The notes under the pieces: model-generated
What the model was told of the DNA's origin: nothing
The model's database searches: none
Seen by the model: only the letters and a program-made list of their open reading frames with translations
Translations under genes and position numbers: made by a program
NCBI GenBank assembly: GCA_045648445.1
Contig: JAZRNY010000043.1
Coordinates: 354 to 64,353 of the forward strand
Reading direction: 5' to 3'
DNA from: Acutalibacteraceae bacterium
Lineage (GTDB): Bacteria > Bacillota > Clostridia > Oscillospirales > Acutalibacteraceae
Length of the DNA stretch: 64,000 nt
Shown here: piece by piece, positions 59,376 to 64,000 of the stretch
Layout of the letters: each line of letters starts with the position of its first letter
How positions within the stretch are numbered: the stretch's first letter is position 1

Positions 59376-60116
59376 TTATAAAACTTTAGATAAAAACTCT
59401 TTAAGACGGGCTGATTTAGGATTATCGAAAAATTCTTCAGGATTACCTTCTTCAGTAATTATACCTTCATCTATAAAAATAACCCTGTCAGCAACTTCAC
59501 GTGCAAATCCCATTTCATGAGTTACAACTACCATCGTCATACCTTCGGCAGCAAGTTGTTTCATAACATCCAATACTTCACCAACCATTTCGGGGTCGAG
59601 TGCGCTTGTAGGCTCATCAAACAACATAACTTCGGGTTGCATACATAATGCTCTTACAATAGCAACACGCTGTTTTTGACCGCCAGACAATTGTGACGGA
59701 TAAGAATTTGCTCTATCAGCAAGACCTACACGTTCAAGTAGTTTCATTGCTCTTTCTTCCGCTTCTTCCTTAGAAACTCCCAAAACCTTTGTAGGAGCAA
59801 TAATCATATTTTTAAGAACAGTCATATGTGGGAAAAGATTAAACTGTTGGAAAACCATACCCATTTTTTGACGGTGTAAATTAATATCTATCTTTGGATC
59901 GGTAATATCGACATTATCAAAAATAATGTTACCTTCAGTAGGTTCTTCCAAAAGATTAAGACAACGTAAAAAAGTAGATTTACCACTACCTGAAGCACCA
60001 ATAATACAGACTACTTCGCCGCATTTGATTTCAGTATCAATACCCTTTAATACTTCATTCGAACCAAATGATTTTTTTAACTGTTCTACCTTAATTAAAA
60101 CGCCATTAGTGGTCAC
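59376..60116 (-). CDS. amino-acid ABC transporter ATP-binding protein (GlnQ-like)
   Basis: 246 aa. [24 protein letters not shown], and [12 protein letters not shown]. Confidence 0.9.
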   Translation of the reverse strand: MTTNGVLIKVEQLKKSFGSNEVLKGIDTEIKCGEVVCIIGASGSGKSTFLRCLNLLEEPTEGNIIFDNVDITDPKIDINLHRQKMGMVFQQFNLFPHMTVLKNMIIAPTKVLGVSKEEAEERAMKLLERVGLADRANSYPSQLSGGQKQRVAIVRALCMQPEVMLFDEPTSALDPEMVGEVLDVMKQLAAEGMTMVVVTHEMGFAREVADRVIFIDEGIITEEGNPEEFFDNPKSARLKEFLSKVL

Positions 60117-60810
60117 TTTTTCTCAACCTCTTTTCAAACATATTTAAGAAAAATGTAAATATTAATACTACAACCAAATAAACAGCCGCCAAGGTCAAGT
60201 ACGGTACGAAAGCATTATAATAATCTGCTACTATTGAACGCGCAGCACGAGTTAAATCAAATACTGTAATAAAACCGGCAACAGACGTTTCCTTTACCAT
60301 AACGATAAATTCGTTACCTAAAGCAGGTAAAATATTTTTAATTGCCTGAGGTAAAATAATTTTCATCATTGTTTGAGAGTAAGTAAAACCAAGAGAACGA
60401 CCTGCTTCCATCTGACCTTTGTCAATTGATAAAATACCGGAACGAATAATTTCTGCAACATAAGCAGCACTATTTAAGCCAAATACTAATATAGCAATTA
60501 AAAGTGCTTTATTTGCATAACCACGCATAGCGTGTGAAAAAATACCAAAATAAAAAAGTAAAAGTTGCACCATTACAGGTGTACCGCGGAATATACCAAT
60601 ATAAACATTTGCTATCCCATTAAAAATTTTAGCAATAATATTTTTTTGAGGTATAACCTTGCATACGGCTAATAAAGCACCGAGCAAAATACCTAATAAA
60701 ACAGAAAAAATGGCGATAATAAGGGTATAGCCTAAACCGCTTAGCATAAGTTTGTATGCTTTATTTACAACAAAAATGTCATAAAATATTCCAAAAAAAT
60801 TATCGAACAA
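60106..60810 (-). CDS. amino-acid ABC transporter permease (His/Glu/Gln/Arg/opine family)
   Basis: 234 aa. EAA loop [23 protein letters not shown]. Confidence 0.9.
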   Translation of the reverse strand: MFDNFFGIFYDIFVVNKAYKLMLSGLGYTLIIAIFSVLLGILLGALLAVCKVIPQKNIIAKIFNGIANVYIGIFRGTPVMVQLLLFYFGIFSHAMRGYANKALLIAILVFGLNSAAYVAEIIRSGILSIDKGQMEAGRSLGFTYSQTMMKIILPQAIKNILPALGNEFIVMVKETSVAGFITVFDLTRAARSIVADYYNAFVPYLTLAAVYLVVVLIFTFFLNMFEKRLRKSDH

Positions 60811-60881
60811 GTTTTACACAACCTTTATTTAATTCAGCAAAATAAAGCACCGTCTTTACCGACGGTGCTTTGTCAGTTTAA

Positions 60882-61667
60882 TTATTTTAAACCATATTTT
60901 TCAAGAAGTTTGTCAACAGTGCCGTCTGCAACGAGTTCTGCAAGAGCAGCGTCAACCTTAGTTTTGAGTTCGGGATTGTTCTTATCGATAGCAATACCAT
61001 ATTCTTCAACAGTAAGCGGAACATCGATTACTTTTGCAACGTCTGCATTAGCAGATGCTGCTTCTTTAGCAACGGAATCGTCCATAATAATTGCATTAAT
61101 GTTACCTGCTTTAAGGTCAGCAATTGCAAGACTGATATTTTCGTAAATCTTTACGTTAGCGTTTTCTATCTTCTTAAAGTTCCAATCTTCAGAACCTTCT
61201 GCATAGAACTGACCGGTATAACCGGAACATACGCCGATATTCTGACCTTTAAGTTGATCGTCAAGAGTTGCCTTATCGGTACCGGTATAATAGGTATCGT
61301 TTTTAGCAACAATAAGAATCTGAGCAGCACCATCATAATAAGGATTAGAGAAGTTAACAGACTTAGCACGTTTAGCGTTAATGGTAAGACCGGAAATTGC
61401 AAGGTCGGTTGTTCCGTTAGCAACAGCAGCAACTACGCCGTCAAATTCCATATTTTCGTACTGAACTTCATAACCCATCTTCTGAGCAATAGCATTCATA
61501 AGGTCGATATCAAAACCTACGAACTCACCATCAGCAGTAAGACTTTCAAAGGGTTCGAATTCTGCATTGGTAGCAACCAATAACTTTTTGCTTTCCTTGC
61601 TTCCGCAACCAGCACAACACAAAACTATAAGTGCAAGAGCAAGAACGATTGATAATAATTTTTTCAT
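60882..61667 (-). CDS. amino-acid ABC transporter substrate-binding lipoprotein
   Basis: Start at ATG 61667 (GGAGGAAAC RBS). Lipobox CAGC. Family-3 SBP pattern. The promoter TTGAAA-17-TATATT lies at 61700-61728. Confidence 0.85.
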   Translation of the reverse strand: MKKLLSIVLALALIVLCCAGCGSKESKKLLVATNAEFEPFESLTADGEFVGFDIDLMNAIAQKMGYEVQYENMEFDGVVAAVANGTTDLAISGLTINAKRAKSVNFSNPYYDGAAQILIVAKNDTYYTGTDKATLDDQLKGQNIGVCSGYTGQFYAEGSEDWNFKKIENANVKIYENISLAIADLKAGNINAIIMDDSVAKEAASANADVAKVIDVPLTVEEYGIAIDKNNPELKTKVDAALAELVADGTVDKLLEKYGLK

Positions 61668-61844
61668 AATTGTTTCCTCCAAATCAATGTTGTACCAATA
61701 ATATAACACCTATTTTAAATTTTTTCAAGACTTTTTTTGCATTTTTTCGCATATTTTTAATAAAAATGCATTAGAATAGCCGTTTTTTATGCAAATATGC
61801 ATTTTTATTGTGCATATTTTGAATTTTATGTCAAACTTTTCAAC

Positions 61845-61873
61845 TTGACCATCATTTAAAAATATGGTATACT
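61845..61873 (+). promoter_or_regulatory. sigma-A-type promoter for smpB (TTGACC-17-TATACT, TG-extended)
   Basis: Hexamers read directly, 32 nt upstream of the GTG start. Confidence 0.55.
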
Positions 61874-61904
61874 CTCATAGAAATAATTAGAAGGGAGCAT
61901 TATA

Positions 61905-62366
61905 GTGGCTGAAAACACAAAAACAATAACAACCAACAAAAAAGCTTTTCACGAATATTTTGTCTTAGAAAGTTTCGAAGCCGGAATTGCTCTTTTCGGA
62001 ACTGAGATTAAGTCCATCAGAAACGGCAACGTTAATTTAAAGGATGCTTGGTGCAGTATTGACGACGGCGAACTTTTTATTAAACAAATGCATATAAGTC
62101 CTTATGAATTTGGCAACATATTTAATAAGGATCCAATAAGACCCAGAAAACTTTTAATGCATCGCCGTGAAATAATGCGACTTTTAGGTCAAGTCAAACA
62201 GCAAGGTCTAACGTTAGTTCCCCTTTCACTTTACTTCAAAGGTTCTATTGTAAAAGTTCAAGTGGGCCTTTGTAAAGGTAAAAAGCTCTACGATAAACGC
62301 GCTGATGCCGCTAAAAAAGATGCAATGCGCAACATTGACCGAAGCTTGAAAGAGCAAAATAGATAG
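61905..62366 (+). CDS. smpB: SsrA-binding protein SmpB
   Basis: 153 aa with a GTG start. [29 protein letters not shown]. Confidence 0.95.
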   Translation: MAENTKTITTNKKAFHEYFVLESFEAGIALFGTEIKSIRNGNVNLKDAWCSIDDGELFIKQMHISPYEFGNIFNKDPIRPRKLLMHRREIMRLLGQVKQQGLTLVPLSLYFKGSIVKVQVGLCKGKKLYDKRADAAKKDAMRNIDRSLKEQNR

Positions 62367-62370
62367 ATAT

Positions 62371-62715
62371 GGGGGCGTAAAGGTTTCGACAGGGACCGTG
62401 AAGTACGGGAAGCGAGCGGTGGCGTGGGACCACCTTAAAACTCACAATTTTAAAATTAAACGACAACAATAAAGTTGCTCTTGCTGCCTAATTAGGCAGC
62501 CGTCCGAACTGAGAGTACCGCGGCTCAGCCAGGGCGTCGATTAGCGGTGAACATGAACGGAAGGTCGCTCATCCTTCCGTCACGACTTTGAGCTACCAAT
62601 GATATTAGAGTGACATTTCTCGAATAACTGCGGGAAATCAAACAAATGTCTGCGCTCGGAGATGCCTGTATGAATCGATCTTTGGACAGGGGTTCGACTC
62701 CCCTCGCCTCCACCA
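62371..62715 (+). ncRNA. ssrA: transfer-messenger RNA (tmRNA)
   Basis: 5' GGGGGCGTAAAGGTTTCGACAGGG and 3' GGACAGGGGTTCGACTCCCCTCGCCTCCACCA. The tag frame ends ...N-D-N-N-K-V-A-L-A-A-stop (TAA 62489-62491). Confidence 0.95.
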
Positions 62716-62754
62716 AAAAGAAGTAACTTTTGTCTACCAAAAGTTACTTTTTTT
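62716..62754 (+). terminator. intrinsic terminator of ssrA
   Basis: aagtaactttt-gtctacc-aaaagttactt followed by T7. Confidence 0.85.
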
Positions 62755-62940
62755 ATCCAAGCCGCAGGATTGGCATATCATCACCGTGCGAAGCTCGGTG
62801 CATATCATCAGCCCCTTTGGGGCTGTATATAATCACGCGGCAGCGTGTATCATCCTGCGACTTAATGATATACCGCAACAAGTTGCGGATGATATGCAAA
62901 ACTTCGTTTTGATGATATACAACGGCAAGCCGTTGATTTG
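62755..62940. repeat. hairpin array B: same 4+3 architecture, linkers and boundaries as array A, with different hairpin sequences
   Basis: Read directly; details are in the findings. The stretch is non-coding. Confidence 0.85.
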
Positions 62941-62961
62941 TTTTCGAAAATGTAGTATAAT
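62933..62961 (+). promoter_or_regulatory. sigma-A-type promoter (TTGATT-17-TATAAT) whose -35 is the right end of array B
   Basis: Hexamers and spacing read directly, 22 nt upstream of ATG 62983. Confidence 0.6.
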
Positions 62962-62982
62962 GCGTTTGAAAGGAGTGTTTAT

Positions 62983-63159
62983 ATGGCAAAAAATTACTTG
63001 TTGACCTATGCAGAACAACTTGCAACTGATGTCGAATTGCTTTGTCAAAACATAAAAGCACCGTCCAACACTCTTTTCCAAATTCGCAAAAGTTCCAGTA
63101 GCGTTTATGCCAATATTCGTGAAGCCAATTACGGACAAAGTAAAGTTGTAAAACACTAA
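62983..63159 (+). pseudogene. truncated four-helix-bundle protein (23S rRNA-IVS / Avd-like family), 58 codons versus ~120 expected
   Basis: My own translation gives MAKNYLLTYAEQLATDVELLCQNIKAPSNTLFQIRKSSSSVYANIREANYGQSKVVKH*. The motif R.S.S...NI.EA....SK is typical of the family, and the protein stops right after it. RBS AAAGGAG. Below the ORF-track cutoff. Confidence 0.5.
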
Positions 63160-63172
63160 AGGAGAATGCAAA

Positions 63173-63496
63173 ATGAAGAACAAGCCAATTGTTATCGGGA
63201 TTATAGCTGTTGCTTCTCCAATACCACTGGTGATTTTTACCGCAATATGGAGTTGGATATGGTTTTTCGGCATAGGTATGGGATTACTAAACTACGATAC
63301 TGTTCCTCAATGGATACTTGTTGTTTCGTTGCTACCTTTATTTATTAGTCCAATTTTTGGTTTGATGGGCATAATTCATAGTATGGTAAATATCAAAACA
63401 AAAAAAGCCTGGTTTGCATTCTTTTTGTCCGTAATAGGATTGCTTGAAAATTTCATCTTGATTTACGGAATGTATTATCTCGGAAGTAGATTTTAA
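63173..63496 (+). CDS. small hypothetical membrane protein (107 aa, 3-4 TM helices)
   Basis: RBS AAAGGAGAA. Strongly hydrophobic segments. Followed by a terminator. Confidence 0.6.
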   Translation: MKNKPIVIGIIAVASPIPLVIFTAIWSWIWFFGIGMGLLNYDTVPQWILVVSLLPLFISPIFGLMGIIHSMVNIKTKKAWFAFFLSVIGLLENFILIYGMYYLGSRF

Positions 63497-63564
63497 GTCG
63501 CACACTACTTTTGGTCGTTTTTACCCCTACTTACGCTACTTTTAGTCGCTCTTCCACCAACATA

Positions 63565-63600
63565 AAGTCCCTTTTTGTCTTTGAAAAAAGGGACTTTTTT
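63565..63600 (+). terminator. intrinsic terminator
   Basis: aagtcccttttt-(8 nt)-aaaaagggactt followed by a T-run. Confidence 0.8.
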
Positions 63601-63722
63601 GAGTGATGCATTCCTTCGGAACGTGATGCGCACTTTGTACGTAATGTTGACCTTTGTCCGTGATGCAAACCTGCGGCGCGTGGTAAGTACGCTTTTCGGC
63701 CTTTGCTTCTTCCGAAGAAGGA
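63601..63722. repeat. degenerate ~20-nt periodic array (GTGATGCA-type constant segment plus short variable palindrome), 5 units
   Basis: GTGATGCA at 63603, GTGATGCG at 63623, GTAATGTTGA at 63641, GTGATGCA at 63660, GTGGTAAGTA at 63680. Ends with the hairpin cttctt-ccg-aagaag. Confidence 0.55.
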
Positions 63723-63754
63723 ATGGAAATGGAGTGGTATTCCTTTTCTCCTAC

Positions 63755-64000
63755 TTAACTTTTAATGGGCTTGGTGGTAAAATTATCATAGTAGGTTTTC
63801 TGTTGGAGAACCTTTGAGTTTCTTCTCGAAGAGTTCACGTCCGCGGGACCTACTTTTTTTGTTTTACCGTCAAGTGCGTACATGATATATCTACCATCTT
63901 GTGTCTCTGCTATATCAATACTTATTTTTTAGAATTGCGCTTACGGTGGCAAATTCAAGAAGTGCATCAAAGCTTTCTTTGTCAAAATCGCCTTTCTTTC
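63755..64000 (-). pseudogene. possible frameshifted gene remnant running off the window end (family unknown)
   Basis: The minus strand reads ...KKGDFDKESFDALLEFATVSAILKNKY* in one frame. In the +1 frame it continues SIDIAETQDGRYIMYALDGKTKKVGPADVNSSRRNSKVLQQKTYYDNFTTKPIKS*. The frames switch at an A6 run. Confidence 0.3.

Noticed and set aside
62983-63159. Avd-like four-helix-bundle remnant taken as evidence of a diversity-generating retroelement in this window
   Set aside because: No reverse transcriptase and no template/variable repeat pair are visible within the window. The gene is truncated. This can only be tested with downstream sequence.
62525-63273. Track ORFs 62525..62740(-), 62730..62912(+), 62753..63061(-), 62786..63004(+) and 62833..63273(-)
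   Set aside because: They overlap the tmRNA gene and the hairpin array. Their repetitive ISS/MIY peptide patterns simply mirror the DNA repeats. They lack an RBS and overlap one another.
63575-63817. 80-aa ORF on the plus strand
   Set aside because: It begins inside a terminator, runs through the degenerate 20-nt repeats, has no RBS and shows a repeat-driven composition.

Overview
This 64-kb window comes from a low-GC, endospore-forming Firmicute (Clostridia-like) chromosome. Most of it is densely packed core housekeeping and sporulation DNA. It carries tmcAL-ackA, potABCD, ruvCAB, ecfA1-ecfA2-ecfT-truA, a ClpE-like ATPase, spoIVA, xerD-spoIIM and mutS2-recO-era-ybeY-phoH-yqfD-yqfC. It also carries ptsH, ylxM-ffh-rpsP-KH-rimM-trmD, spoIIGA-sigE, an RR/HK/HtrA module, a THF riboswitch with folT-folC, rpe, lon-engB, an amino-acid ABC operon and smpB-ssrA. 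There are five tRNAs: Gly-UCC, Arg-UCU, His-GUG, Gln-UUG and Pro-GGG. Two short non-core patches stand out. One lies directly 3' of tRNA-Arg (about 19.6-24.6 kb) and one directly 3' of tmRNA (about 62.7-64.0 kb). Each patch opens, immediately after the RNA-gene terminator, with a non-coding array of about 190 bp. The array has seven different mini-hairpins joined by a constant 10-12 nt linker: TGTATATCATCA in the left half and its complement TGATGATATACA in the right half. Both copies share the same boundaries (TTTTTTT-ATCCA ... TGATTT) and an outward-facing -35 box at the right end. I cannot place this element in any repeat or RNA family I know, and it is the most unusual signal in the window. 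The tRNA-Arg patch also contains a perfect 34-nt inverted copy of the tRNA-Arg terminator. The two copies bracket a 2.4-kb cassette holding an ECF-type sigma factor fused to an unknown 270-aa domain plus an unknown 127-aa protein. That patch further holds two more orphan genes, a 570-bp AT-rich ORF-free stretch and a Xer-like recombinase. Other points worth a second look are a MazF toxin with no adjacent antitoxin, a 20-cysteine protein, a MecA C-terminal-domain-only protein, and terminator-like hairpins inside two tRNA operons. I saw no CRISPR/cas, reverse transcriptase, restriction-modification or recognisable phage genes. All product calls rest on reading translated motifs, signal sequences and synteny by eye. 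No database search or folding computation was possible.
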